64,000 nt of DNA from Candidatus Peribacteria bacterium (lineage in GTDB: Bacteria; Patescibacteriota; Gracilibacteria; UBA1369; UBA12463), in NCBI GenBank assembly GCA_943355055.1, contig CALREA010000001.1, positions 26,722 through 90,721 on the forward strand, given 5' to 3'. Positions 36,230 to 45,807 of the stretch are shown in pieces. A model generated the notes under the pieces. It worked only from the letters and a program-made list of their open reading frames with translations, did no database searches and had not been told where the DNA came from. The position numbers and the translations under genes are program-made. Every line of letters begins with the position of its first letter. Position 1 is the stretch's first letter.

Positions 36230-36301
36230 GCATATATCTTGCCAAACAGAACAGGGTGCGATACAATAAAAACACAAGTATCGTACCCATATATCCAACT
36301 C

Positions 36302-37243
36302 ATGTATCTATCCAGCAGAACCATCAAAAATCTCAATGCAAAATTCAAGGAGTTGAATGCGCTGAGGCCTATCCCATCAGCTCAGCTCAAAAAAATCATT
36401 GAGCAGTTCGAGATAGAAATGACATACAACTCAAACGCTATTGAAGGAAATTCTCTCACGATGAAGGAAACATTTTGGGTGATCCAAGAAGGTCTTACCA
36501 TTAAAGACAAACCACTTAAGGATCATCTCGAGGCAAGAAATCATAAAGAAGCTCTCGATTTTCTCTATGAGCTCATTGATAAAGATGCGCACAACACCGT
36601 CAGTGAACATTTGATTAGGCAACTTCATCAGCTCGTCGTGCAAGATTCACAAAAAGAAATTGCCGGAAAATTTCGAGAAGGAGAGGTATATATTAGTGGT
36701 GCTAATCATCGTCCACCAGCAGGATTTGATGTGCCGCTCCATATGAGTGAACTCATTAAATGGCTCCAGGAAAATGAAAAAATAGTTCATCCTGTTGAGC
36801 TTGCAGCTATACTCCATCATAAATTCGTACACATTCATCCATTTTGGGATGGCAATGGTCGCGTAGGCCGTCTTCTCATGAATATTATCATTCTTCAAGC
36901 AGGATATCCGCTCGCTATTATTCTTCGTAATGACCGTAAGCGTTATTACCGTGTGCTCGCGCTTGCAGATGAAGGAAAATATAAAACACTCAGTGAAATG
37001 GTCGCTCAGGCAGTCCTCCGAAGCCTGAGTATCTATCTGAAAATTCTCAAGCCACAAACTTCAAAAATGGAAAATGAGGATTATATAAGTCTCAAGGAGT
37101 TGAGTAAGAAATATACATTATTTTCAGAAAACTATCTCCGAAAGCTTGCTAATCTTGGAAAACTTGAAGCCTTCAAGGAAGGTCGAAACTGGCTTTCCTC
37201 AGAAAAAGCCCTTCAGTCGTATATCGATTCACTGAAAGAGTAG
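36302..37243 (+). CDS. Fic family protein (class II, intramolecular inhibitory helix) with a C-terminal HTH-like domain
   Basis: Canonical Fic motif HPFWDGNGRVGR. An upstream SNAIEG matches the inhibitory (S/T)xxxE(G/N) motif. The likely start is ATG 36302; the ORF track starts at 36221. Confidence 0.9.
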   Translation: MYLSSRTIKNLNAKFKELNALRPIPSAQLKKIIEQFEIEMTYNSNAIEGNSLTMKETFWVIQEGLTIKDKPLKDHLEARNHKEALDFLYELIDKDAHNTVSEHLIRQLHQLVVQDSQKEIAGKFREGEVYISGANHRPPAGFDVPLHMSELIKWLQENEKIVHPVELAAILHHKFVHIHPFWDGNGRVGRLLMNIIILQAGYPLAIILRNDRKRYYRVLALADEGKYKTLSEMVAQAVLRSLSIYLKILKPQTSKMENEDYISLKELSKKYTLFSENYLRKLANLGKLEAFKEGRNWLSSEKALQSYIDSLKE

Positions 37244-37322
37244 TCCGGACATCCTCTACGAAGGAGCTCCATAGACACGCTCGCATGTCGGATTCCGGTC
37301 CTGGACTCTCCAAATTCAAGTG

Positions 37323-37514
37323 TCAGTTTACGTTCCCGATTTTTTCACCCCTCACGGCAGATCCCTCTTCCCCGTATTTCCCAAATGGTAGAGGTCTTTC
37401 AATGACAAACGATTTCAGAAATATCTTTATCAATGAACTCAGTCCAATACCAAAATTTACATCACATTTCTGTTTTGCCATCTCATATAGTTCAGCGTCC
37501 ATGCGAATCGCCAC
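37323..37514 (-). CDS. RelB/DinJ-family antitoxin-like protein (orphan)
   Basis: N-terminal ribbon-helix-helix-like sequence AIRMDAELYEMAKQKCDVNFGIGLSSLIKIFLKSFVIERPLPF resembles DinJ. GTG start. No toxin ORF on either side. Confidence 0.55.
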   Translation of the reverse strand: MAIRMDAELYEMAKQKCDVNFGIGLSSLIKIFLKSFVIERPLPFGKYGEEGSAVRGEKIGNVN

Positions 37515-37678
37515 ACCTGCTTCTGTTTTTTCATATGAATGTTAAAATGAAAGACTACGAGGATATATTGTACCTCATTGTCCGAATGTATAGCAAAAAG
37601 ACATACAAACGGATAGCGATGGAGGAGGTATCACCTGCAAACAATCTTCAAGGGCTGAATAAAGCTGGATACCTTTGT

Positions 37679-37720
37679 AAATCGTGAAAACATACAAAAA
37701 AAGCATAATTTTCACGATTT
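37679..37720. terminator. 12-bp perfect inverted repeat hairpin
   Basis: AAATCGTGAAAA (37679-37690) pairs with TTTTCACGATTT (37709-37720), with an 18-nt loop. Confidence 0.45.
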
Positions 37721-37887
37721 ACTTGATCAAAAAAGTGAAAGTCGCACTTCGTTGCGCTCAAGACTTCCCATCGACAAGGAGGCGCGTACCTGCTACACTA
37801 CCCCTGCAAAATGTAGAATAGCTTGAAAAGTCGAGTGTCTCAAGCAAAGCTGCCGTTTGCAAATTATTATTCTAATGTTCACTATTT

Positions 37888-38085
37888 ATGACAGGTACAA
37901 TCAAAAAGCTAACTGATAAAGGTTTCGGATTTATCGCAGTAGAAGGCCAGGAAAGAGATTTATTTTTCCACAGCAAAGGCCTCGTAGGTGTTACGTATGA
38001 TGAGCTTCGAGAAGGAGACAGTGTTAACTTCGAAGTCGAAGATTCACCAAAAGGAAAGAATGCCGTGAATGTTTCACGCGCATAG
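37888..38085 (+). CDS. cold-shock protein (CspA family)
   Basis: 65 aa with GTIKKLTDKGFGFI and the RNP motifs. It is preceded by a leader of about 170 nt. Confidence 0.95.
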   Translation: MTGTIKKLTDKGFGFIAVEGQERDLFFHSKGLVGVTYDELREGDSVNFEVEDSPKGKNAVNVSRA

Positions 38086-38118
38086 TTGAGAAAGGCTTAT
38101 TAAGCCACTATCAACAGA

Positions 38119-38152
38119 AAGCCACTATCCATCACGGGTAGTGGCTTTTTTT
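38119..38152 (+). terminator. rho-independent terminator of csp
   Basis: AAGCCACTA-10nt-TAGTGGCTT followed by TTTTT. Confidence 0.7.
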
Positions 38153-38162
38153 CGAAGGAACC

Positions 38163-38267
38163 TTATCCGTTCCTGGCGGCCTTTTCGCGTTTTGCCGCTT
38201 TCTTTTCCTTTGGGGATAGCTTAGGTTCTTTTTTCCCCGCTTTTCGGGAGTCGAGTCCTTTTGCCAT
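38163..38267 (-). CDS. possible 34-aa Lys-rich micro-protein (weak call)
   Basis: ATG at 38267; MAKGLDSRKAGKKEPKLSPKEKKAAKREKAARNG. Composition only. Confidence 0.25.
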   Translation of the reverse strand: MAKGLDSRKAGKKEPKLSPKEKKAAKREKAARNG

Positions 38268-38389
38268 AGAGAGTTGAGGTAATAATGATAAAGATACGTA
38301 GATAAAAATAACATAACCCGCATGCAATATCCACTGACTATGATATTCAGAATTGATTACCATAAATAATAAGACTACAATACGTGCGC

Positions 38390-39364
38390 ATGATTAAAAT
38401 ATATCAGACCGTCAAAAACAGCATAGTGATGCTCGATGAGCCATCATTCGACACGTGGATTGAAATAATTTCACCTACCGAAGAGGATATCAGGGGGCTC
38501 GAAAAGTTGGTAGAAATTGACGAGGATATTATTCGATCCATTCGTGATTATGACGAGGTTCCAAAAATGGAAAAATATGATGGATACGATTTTATTCTCT
38601 TGCAGACACCAAAAGTAACAGTCGACCAGGACGAAGAGGATGACGACGATGATGAAGTGTATTACAAATATTCCATAGCGCCGTTGGGTATTATTTTTAG
38701 GTCTAATTTAATTATTACTATCAGTGAAGGGAGAAACGATGTTACCAATTATCTCCGCACGAAGTTAAAGAATTTCCAAAAAAATAAAATTATTAACACA
38801 TCGGACATAGCGCAATTTGTACTCAAGATGCTTCTTTTTACATCAAAAATATACCTACGAGATCTCAAAGCCATTAATCAAAAGATGCGTCAGGTACAGA
38901 GAAATCTGGAGCTCAAGCCAAAAAATGAAGAAATTATGCACCTAATGGATTTACAGAAATCTATCGTATATTTCAACATGGCGCTTTCATCAAATCAGAT
39001 TGTCGTCGAAAAAATCGCAAAGAGAAAATTCTTCAATAGCAGCGAAGACAACGAAGACTTGATTGAAGATATTATGGATGAAAACAGGCAGGCAATCTCA
39101 ACCGTAAAAATTTACAGTCAAATTATTTCCAGTACATCAGGCACGTTTACATCAATTATCTCCAACAATCTGAACGTCACCTTGAGATTTCTGACCGCAC
39201 TTACGATTATTATTATGATCCCGACATTGGTCGCAAGTGTCTATGGTATGAATATTGAGTTACCATTGCAGCGCCTACCGTATGCATTCACTATTGTGGT
39301 AATGATATCCGTAGCATTATCGCTGCTGGGAGCATTTTGGTTTTATCGCAAGAAGCTCTTCTAA
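38390..39364 (+). CDS. corA: CorA-family magnesium/cobalt transporter
   Basis: C-terminal two TM helices with the YGMNIE (GMN) signature. An acidic insertion DQDEEDDDDDE lies in the cytoplasmic domain. Confidence 0.9.
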   Translation: MIKIYQTVKNSIVMLDEPSFDTWIEIISPTEEDIRGLEKLVEIDEDIIRSIRDYDEVPKMEKYDGYDFILLQTPKVTVDQDEEDDDDDEVYYKYSIAPLGIIFRSNLIITISEGRNDVTNYLRTKLKNFQKNKIINTSDIAQFVLKMLLFTSKIYLRDLKAINQKMRQVQRNLELKPKNEEIMHLMDLQKSIVYFNMALSSNQIVVEKIAKRKFFNSSEDNEDLIEDIMDENRQAISTVKIYSQIISSTSGTFTSIISNNLNVTLRFLTALTIIIMIPTLVASVYGMNIELPLQRLPYAFTIVVMISVALSLLGAFWFYRKKLF

Positions 39365-39487
39365 TAGAGCCTATATATGCCTCAATTGAACGGTAACATC
39401 TTCAAGATTTATCTCTACTCAGTTTTTGAGATTCCATTCGGCTATATCGCCGACTTCATTGGAAGGAAGAAAATTCTTATCAGTGAC

Positions 39488-40651
39488 CTACAATTCCATC
39501 GTTTTCTTAATCTCATCAACTTTATCAATTTTTTCCCACGTGAATTCAGGTTCATTTCTTCCAAAGTGTCCATAGGCCGCTGTTTTCCTGTAAATCGGAC
39601 GACGCAAATCTAAGCACGTAATAATATCGCCGGGGGAAAGAGGGAAAACCTCCCGCACCATATCGGATATACGCTCGTCCGAAACGGACTCGCGTGCCGT
39701 TCCAAACGTATCCACATACACCGAAACGGGTTCCGGGTAGCCGATAGCATAGGCCAACTGAACTTCGCATTTTGTAGCCACACCGGATGCCACAATATTT
39801 TTCGCAATATACCGAGCCATGTATGCACCACTTCGATCGACCTTCGTCGGATCCTTGCCCGAGAAACATCCACCGCCGTGTCGTCCCATGCCACCATAGG
39901 TATCCACAATAATTTTACGACCGGTTAGTCCACAATCGCCCGGAGGTCCACCAATGATAAATCTACCCGTCGGATTAATATGAAAAATAGTCTTATCATC
40001 AATCATCTCGCCGCACACAGGCATAATCACTTCTCTCAAAATATCTTCTCGAATTTTTTCCTGCTCAACGCCATCATCATGTTGCGTAGAAAGTACCACC
40101 GTATCCACTCGCATCGGCTTCCCGTCAACATATTCCACCGTTACCTGGGACTTACCGTCAGGACGCAAATAGGGGATCAAGCCAGATTTTCTCACCTCGG
40201 CTAACTTCCGAGTCAATCCATGGGCCAACATAATCGGTAGCGGCATCAGTTCTGGAGTCTCATCGCACGCAAAACCAAACATCATACCTTGATCACCGGC
40301 ACCAATTTTTTTCCCGCTCTCCGCATTGTCATCCACGCCCAGTGCAATATCCGCCGACTGCTCATTAATAGAAGTCAAAACCGCACAGGCCTTGTAATCA
40401 AAACCATACGTCGCATTGTCATATCCAATTTCACGAATCACATTGCGTGCAATCGCTGGAATATCTACATACGTTTTGGTACGAATTTCGCCGGAAACCA
40501 CGACCAATCCCGTCGTTGCAATACACTCACATGCGACGCGTCCATTCGGATCATCTTTCAATATCGCATCAAGCACGCCATCACTAATCTGATCACAGAT
40601 CTTATCAGGATGCCCTTCGGTAACCGATTCTGAGGTAAATAAATGTCTCAT
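39488..40651 (-). CDS. metK: S-adenosylmethionine synthetase
   Basis: [19 protein letters not shown] and GGGAFSGKD-type motifs. 387 aa. Confidence 0.95.
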   Translation of the reverse strand: MRHLFTSESVTEGHPDKICDQISDGVLDAILKDDPNGRVACECIATTGLVVVSGEIRTKTYVDIPAIARNVIREIGYDNATYGFDYKACAVLTSINEQSADIALGVDDNAESGKKIGAGDQGMMFGFACDETPELMPLPIMLAHGLTRKLAEVRKSGLIPYLRPDGKSQVTVEYVDGKPMRVDTVVLSTQHDDGVEQEKIREDILREVIMPVCGEMIDDKTIFHINPTGRFIIGGPPGDCGLTGRKIIVDTYGGMGRHGGGCFSGKDPTKVDRSGAYMARYIAKNIVASGVATKCEVQLAYAIGYPEPVSVYVDTFGTARESVSDERISDMVREVFPLSPGDIITCLDLRRPIYRKTAAYGHFGRNEPEFTWEKIDKVDEIKKTMEL

Positions 40652-40766
40652 AGCTGAACTATAGTAGCGACTTTACCATGAAATGTAAAGGAGTCAATTT
40701 GCGAAATGAAGCTGGGGTAGGTATAATCCTCACGTAAAAGTAGATTATTCAATTAAAAAATCCCCC

Positions 40767-41501
40767 ATGGAAAACAAGAATAACAAGTGGATGCTCTCTA
40801 GCGTAGGTCTTTGTGGGATCATTATTGGCATCGGAGTGGGAATTGGCATATCTCAGCTTTCATTTTTCAAGGCAAAGACTATACAGGCGAATATCGCTGA
40901 AAACCCTATTGATCAGGGGCAACAAAACCAGCCGGTGGGATCTCCCACAGCCATGATTCCCGTTACCGACAAGGATCATATTCGAGGGAACAAAGATGCC
41001 AAAATTACCATGGTTGTTTATTCCGACACGGAATGTCCCTTCTGTAAGCGTTTTCATACGACGATGCTGCAACTCATGAAGCTCTATCCGAATGATATCA
41101 GATGGATATATCGACACTATCCCATTGATGGACTTCATCCAAAAGCCAGAAATGAATCTGAAGCGCTCGAATGCGCCGCCGCGCTTGGTGGTGAAGAAAA
41201 ATTCTGGGAATATTTGGATCAAATGATGGAAATTACTCCAGCCAATAACGGCCTCCCAGCGGAGGAATTGCCAAAAATTGCCGATCGTCTCAAGCTCGAT
41301 GTCAGTAAATTCAACGACTGTCTGAAGCAAAGTCCGCATGCCTCCAAAATTCAATCACAAGTTGAGGACGCCGAGCGTATAGGCGCCGATGGCACGCCAC
41401 ATACGATTTTGATCACGCCCGACGGCCAGAAGTATCCAATCAAGGGATATGTTGACGTGACAACGCTTTCCAAGGCGGTGAAACAGATTTTGAAACTATA
41501 A
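40767..41501 (+). CDS. DsbA-family thioredoxin-fold thiol:disulfide oxidoreductase, membrane anchored
   Basis: N-terminal TM helix and a CPFC active site in a thioredoxin-fold context. Confidence 0.85.
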   Translation: MENKNNKWMLSSVGLCGIIIGIGVGIGISQLSFFKAKTIQANIAENPIDQGQQNQPVGSPTAMIPVTDKDHIRGNKDAKITMVVYSDTECPFCKRFHTTMLQLMKLYPNDIRWIYRHYPIDGLHPKARNESEALECAAALGGEEKFWEYLDQMMEITPANNGLPAEELPKIADRLKLDVSKFNDCLKQSPHASKIQSQVEDAERIGADGTPHTILITPDGQKYPIKGYVDVTTLSKAVKQILKL

Positions 41502-41532
41502 GCGATACGTTTCGCGCATTATTTGCACCATC

Positions 41533-42312
41533 ATGCTCTTCGATATTAGCTATCTCGCGGCGTTTCTCGGCGGCATGCTCACGCTGCTTCCATCGTGCGG
41601 ACCGTTTATCCTCCCTGCTTTTTTCGCCATCGCGTTCAAAGAAAAAGATCAACTCATAAAAATGATATTGATATTTTTTCTCGGCCTTCTGCTCACGTTC
41701 ATTCCGCTCGGACTTGGCGTATCTTTTCTCGTTCAATTCTTCATAAAAAATCTCAAACTCGTACAAACAATTTCTGGCCTACTTCTCATGTATTTCGGAG
41801 TAAGTTCGCTCTTCGGCTGGAATATATTTTCAAAAATCTTCCCCAAACTTCACCGCGCCGACACACCGGAAAAATCCGACGCAATCAGTATTTTACTTTT
41901 TGGAATGATGTTTGGTATCGCCTCCGGGGCCTGCACCGCACCCACCTTCGGCGCCGTCCTCACCCTCGCCGCGCAACAGGGCATCGGCTGGCACAGCCTC
42001 ACGATTCTGTTCACGTTCGCCATTGGAATGATTCTGCCACTCCTCGTACTCGCCCTCGGCTGGGATCACATTTCTACCCGGGCAAGCTCCAGCGGGAGTT
42101 CCACTGGGTGGAAGAACGCATTTTTCCATCTTGCCCTCCGTATTACTTTTTTTAAGAAAAAAATCTCAATTCCTCTCACGAATCTTCTGGCCGCCCTTCT
42201 CTTTTTCGCCCTTGGCTTCCTCTTCCTCACGGGCACCATTCACACCGCAACCTCTACCGACTTCTTCACAGACCTATCGATCAAGCTCAGCAGTAAGATA
42301 TTAAATCTATAA
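41533..42312 (+). CDS. CcdA/DsbD-family thiol:disulfide electron transporter
   Basis: Polytopic membrane protein with conserved Cys-Pro segments (LLPSCGPFILP, SGACTAPTF). Confidence 0.85.
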   Translation: MLFDISYLAAFLGGMLTLLPSCGPFILPAFFAIAFKEKDQLIKMILIFFLGLLLTFIPLGLGVSFLVQFFIKNLKLVQTISGLLLMYFGVSSLFGWNIFSKIFPKLHRADTPEKSDAISILLFGMMFGIASGACTAPTFGAVLTLAAQQGIGWHSLTILFTFAIGMILPLLVLALGWDHISTRASSSGSSTGWKNAFFHLALRITFFKKKISIPLTNLLAALLFFALGFLFLTGTIHTATSTDFFTDLSIKLSSKILNL

Positions 42313-42370
42313 AAACATTGAAATCAGCACCCTAAATGTGTATAGTAAAGCCAAACTATAAATTCATCCC

Positions 42371-42517
42371 ATGCCAAAGGCTCTCACGAAAAAAAAGACA
42401 GCAAAGAAAATAGTATTGCCAAAAAACCCAACAATTATGGACTTTTTCGGCATATGTAAGGGCATATATGGGGATGGATTGAAGTATCAGAAAAGTATAA
42501 GAAAGTGGGGTAAATAA
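42371..42517 (+). CDS. putative VapB-like antitoxin (48 aa; not in the ORF track)
   Basis: I translated it by hand: MPKALTKKKTAKKIVLPKNPTIMDFFGICKGIYGDGLKYQKSIRKWGK. It ends 6 nt before the PIN gene. Confidence 0.55.
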   Translation: MPKALTKKKTAKKIVLPKNPTIMDFFGICKGIYGDGLKYQKSIRKWGK

Positions 42518-42523
42518 TCTGCA

Positions 42524-42880
42524 ATGTATCTGCTCGACTCAAACATATTGATTTACTATCTCAATGGCGAAGGATCCGTTGGGAGTTTTTTTAGTAGTGA
42601 GGTATCAAAATTCATATCAATAATTAGCATTACCGAGCTCCTTGCGAAACCTTCCTTAGATATAAAAGAAGAGCTTCTTATTATGCAATTTCTAGACAGG
42701 TTTCGTATACTGCCCTTAGACGTTGTCGTTGCGAAAAGAGCGGCTGAGCTGAAAAGAAAGCACAATTTGATGTTTCCAGATGCCATTATAGCCGCTACGA
42801 CAGAACTCTTCGATCTTGTATTGATCACAAGAGACAGAGGTTTTAAAAAAGTGTCAGAAATTAGGACGTTAACCCTATAA
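42524..42880 (+). CDS. vapC: PIN-domain toxin (VapC family)
   Basis: MYLLDSNILIYYL (first acidic residue) and later ITELL / DAIIAAT / TRD segments typical of VapC. 118 aa. Confidence 0.85.
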   Translation: MYLLDSNILIYYLNGEGSVGSFFSSEVSKFISIISITELLAKPSLDIKEELLIMQFLDRFRILPLDVVVAKRAAELKRKHNLMFPDAIIAATTELFDLVLITRDRGFKKVSEIRTLTL

Positions 42881-42889
42881 TACCCTGCC

Positions 42890-44404
42890 ATGAGTATGCA
42901 CAAAATTCCCTCCACTATGTCGACGCAGCACCCGGATAATGCGAATCCCGCATACTGGTGCGATAAGAGCTTCATATCAACGACGGATGAGATCGAGGAG
43001 GCGTATATAGCCTTCAAGGACCTCGGTTTTGATGAATACATGTGGGATTGGGAGGGAAAGTTTGTGGATGAGGCGGTGATTGATAAATTATATCGTAAAT
43101 ACAACGCCTATTTCAAGAAACATCCGCTTGGGAAGGACAAATTTCTTACCTATCGTATTCCGAATATTTGGGAGGAGCGCGGGTATCGACTGGCACGCGC
43201 GTTTATCAATATCGTGACTTCCGCGGAGCTTGCCGAGGAGATGGGATTCAGAAATCCGCCGATCATAGAGGTAATTCTTCCCATGACCAAGACGGCGAAT
43301 CAAATCATAGAAACAGAAAAAACATTTAGAAAAGTGGCGAAATTGAAATCAGAGATTTTCGATAATGGAAAAAAATGTACATTCAATCGTATTGATGTCA
43401 TTCCGCTTATTGAAAGAGTGGAGGATTTGACAGGCGCTGATGAGATTATTGAGGAGTATTTGAAACAGTACAAAAAGCAATACGGACAGTATCCGGAGTA
43501 TATGCGTCCATTTATCGCGCGCTCCGATCCGGCATTGAATTCAGGGCTTATCCCGGCAGTTCTCGCCTCAAAGGCCGCGATCAGTCACTACTACAAATTA
43601 GAGAAAAAATACAACGTGCCGATGTATCCGATTATTGGAACAGGTTCGCTTCCATTCCGTGGAAGTATTAATCCGGAAAATATTTCCGAGGCAATTAATG
43701 AGTATGCTGGCATACGTACTATTACGCTCCAGTCTGCGTTTAAATACGACTATCCCCTTGAATCCGTTCGCAAGGCGATTAAATTTATCGATAAGACGCT
43801 TCCGAAAATGAAACCGATTTCATTGAGTGAAAAGGAAATAGAATCCATTAAGAGGATTAATAAATACTGTGTAAAAGTATACGCCTCAAGCATCGAAAAA
43901 CTTGCACCGTTGGTGAATAAAATTGCTGCCAACATTCCCGCACGTCGCGAGAGAATGCAGCATATCGGACTTTTTGGATATTCTCGTGGCATTGGAAAAG
44001 TTTCACTTCCCCGGGCGATTACATTCACGGGAGCGTTTTATTCGCTCGGTGTTCCACCGGAACTCATCGGTACAGGTCGGGCACTTCGCGAAGCGCAAAA
44101 TAATGGTGACCTGGAGTTCATTAAACGTCTCTATATTAATCTCGAGCGCGACCTAATGCACGCCGGCAAATACTTGAACAAAGAAAATCTCCTCGCGCTC
44201 TCCAAAACCTATCCCGAGTTCAAGAGCGTCATCGTCGACATTCAAGAGATCGAAAACATACTCGGAATCGAGCTTGGTCCTCACAAAAGTCACCACTTCC
44301 TCCATCGCAACATCGTCTCGAACATCTATTACAAGATGAAGATGGATGTTGATTTTACGGCCGACATTGTCGAGGCGGCGAAGGTCAGGAAGAGCTTGGG
44401 CTAG
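42890..44404 (+). CDS. ppcA: archaeal-type phosphoenolpyruvate carboxylase (PepcA)
   Basis: KIPSTMSTQHPDNA at the N-terminus, IPLIERVED, ARSDPALNSGL, GTGSLPFRG, LPRAITFTGAFYSLGVPPELIGTGRAL, and a C-terminal RKSLG. About 500 aa rather than the ~900 aa of bacterial Ppc. Confidence 0.9.
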   Translation: MSMHKIPSTMSTQHPDNANPAYWCDKSFISTTDEIEEAYIAFKDLGFDEYMWDWEGKFVDEAVIDKLYRKYNAYFKKHPLGKDKFLTYRIPNIWEERGYRLARAFINIVTSAELAEEMGFRNPPIIEVILPMTKTANQIIETEKTFRKVAKLKSEIFDNGKKCTFNRIDVIPLIERVEDLTGADEIIEEYLKQYKKQYGQYPEYMRPFIARSDPALNSGLIPAVLASKAAISHYYKLEKKYNVPMYPIIGTGSLPFRGSINPENISEAINEYAGIRTITLQSAFKYDYPLESVRKAIKFIDKTLPKMKPISLSEKEIESIKRINKYCVKVYASSIEKLAPLVNKIAANIPARRERMQHIGLFGYSRGIGKVSLPRAITFTGAFYSLGVPPELIGTGRALREAQNNGDLEFIKRLYINLERDLMHAGKYLNKENLLALSKTYPEFKSVIVDIQEIENILGIELGPHKSHHFLHRNIVSNIYYKMKMDVDFTADIVEAAKVRKSLG

Positions 44405-44425
44405 CAATATATAACCAATTTCGCA

Positions 44426-45757
44426 ATGCGCACACCACTTTCCAATCCAAAAACTCCACTTCTTAAGTATGGTATTCGCGAGGTGGTTGATACCGCACAG
44501 AAGATCAAAGAATTGGACCCGACATTCACCGTCGTAGCGGAAAATATTGGTGATCCAATCGCCCGTGGCTGGACCGTTCCGCCCTTCCTCAAGGAGAATA
44601 TTATTGCTGAAGTAGAAAAGGCTGGAGATCTTTCATTTGGCTATTCTCACTCACGAGGAAATCCGGAGACGAGAAAATGGGTGACGCAGTATGCAAAACG
44701 ATTTTCTCCAAGTAGCGAACTCGACTACGAGAACGTTCTCTTCACAAATGGCTTGGGAGCGTCGATATCGGCGATGTATCAGATGCTTCCGCAGGGCGCC
44801 CGCGTATTGCAGCCTACACCCGCGTATCCGGCACACTCTTCAATGGAATCGTTTTCCGCGGGGGCCCCATCCATTCTCTACAACCTCGATCCGAACAACG
44901 ACTGGCAGCCCGATCTCGCAAATATGGAAGCGCAAATTCAGGCCAACCCGGAAGTCGCCGCGATTCTCGTCATCAACCCCAACAATCCAACCGGCGCTGT
45001 CTACAGCGCAGAAACCCTCGAAAAAATCGTTAAACTCGCCGAAAAATACAATCTGATGATTATCTCCGATGAGGTGTATTTCCGAATGGTCTTTAATGGG
45101 AAAACATTCGCGCAGATGACTGAAATCGCCCACAATCGCGTGCCACTTATCGTGATGCGCGGTCTCTCGAAGGACTTACCATGGCCCGGAGGTCGCTGTG
45201 GTTGGCTCGAATTTCACAATACGCACCTCGACCCCGATTTCAAAAACTACGCCGACGGCATCAAGAAAAAAATCCTCATGGAAGTCTGCGCAGGAACCCT
45301 CCCGCAAGCTATTCTTCCAAAAGTCTACGAACATCCCGACTTCGAGGCCTGGAATAAGCTCTATAATGACGAACTCGAAGCGAACGCCAACGCAATCGCT
45401 GAAACCCTGGGCAAAGTAAAAGGTCTGAAAGTAAACAAAATTTATGGAGCATTTTACATGATGCCACTCTTCGAAGAGGGCGTCCTCAATGCGAATCAAA
45501 CACTTCCTATCGCCAACGATGCGGTTCGCGCCTATATCGAATCGGAAGTAAATAAACCCGGTCTCCCGCTCGACCAGCGTTGCACGTATTACATTCTCGC
45601 CAACACCGGTATCTGCGTCGTGCCCGCATCCGGCTTTCTCTCGCCATTCCCCGGCTTCCGCCTCACAACCCTCGATCGCAACGACACCCGTCGCCGCGAC
45701 ACCTATGCTCGACTTTCCAAAGCTATCGAGGAGTATTTGGCCTCAGCAACGGCATAG
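44426..45757 (+). CDS. class I/II PLP-dependent aminotransferase (AlaA-like)
   Basis: 443 aa with NPNNPTG, and SKDLPWPGGRCGW carrying the PLP lysine. Confidence 0.9.
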   Translation: MRTPLSNPKTPLLKYGIREVVDTAQKIKELDPTFTVVAENIGDPIARGWTVPPFLKENIIAEVEKAGDLSFGYSHSRGNPETRKWVTQYAKRFSPSSELDYENVLFTNGLGASISAMYQMLPQGARVLQPTPAYPAHSSMESFSAGAPSILYNLDPNNDWQPDLANMEAQIQANPEVAAILVINPNNPTGAVYSAETLEKIVKLAEKYNLMIISDEVYFRMVFNGKTFAQMTEIAHNRVPLIVMRGLSKDLPWPGGRCGWLEFHNTHLDPDFKNYADGIKKKILMEVCAGTLPQAILPKVYEHPDFEAWNKLYNDELEANANAIAETLGKVKGLKVNKIYGAFYMMPLFEEGVLNANQTLPIANDAVRAYIESEVNKPGLPLDQRCTYYILANTGICVVPASGFLSPFPGFRLTTLDRNDTRRRDTYARLSKAIEEYLASATA

Positions 45758-45807
45758 GTGGTATTGGGCGGCTTCGGTGTCGCGGCGGCGAAACTGGAAA
45801 GGTGTGA

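Noticed and set aside
37433-37687. 84-aa plus-strand ORF (or the 46-aa version from ATG 37549), considered as the missing toxin partner of the DinJ-like antitoxin.
   Set aside because: It is on the opposite strand and partly antisense to the antitoxin ORF. It has no RelE/YafQ-like motifs. Its end coincides with the 37679-37720 hairpin, so it may be fortuitous.
39377-39613. 78-aa plus-strand ORF after corA.
   Set aside because: Most of it overlaps the 3' end of metK on the opposite strand. The non-overlapping part is only ~35 codons and has no motif.
40652-40766. Possible SAM riboswitch upstream of metK.
   Set aside because: The gap is only 115 nt and is shared with the divergent dsbA-like gene. 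I could not draw the conserved SAM-I/SAM-II helices or find their conserved nucleotides.
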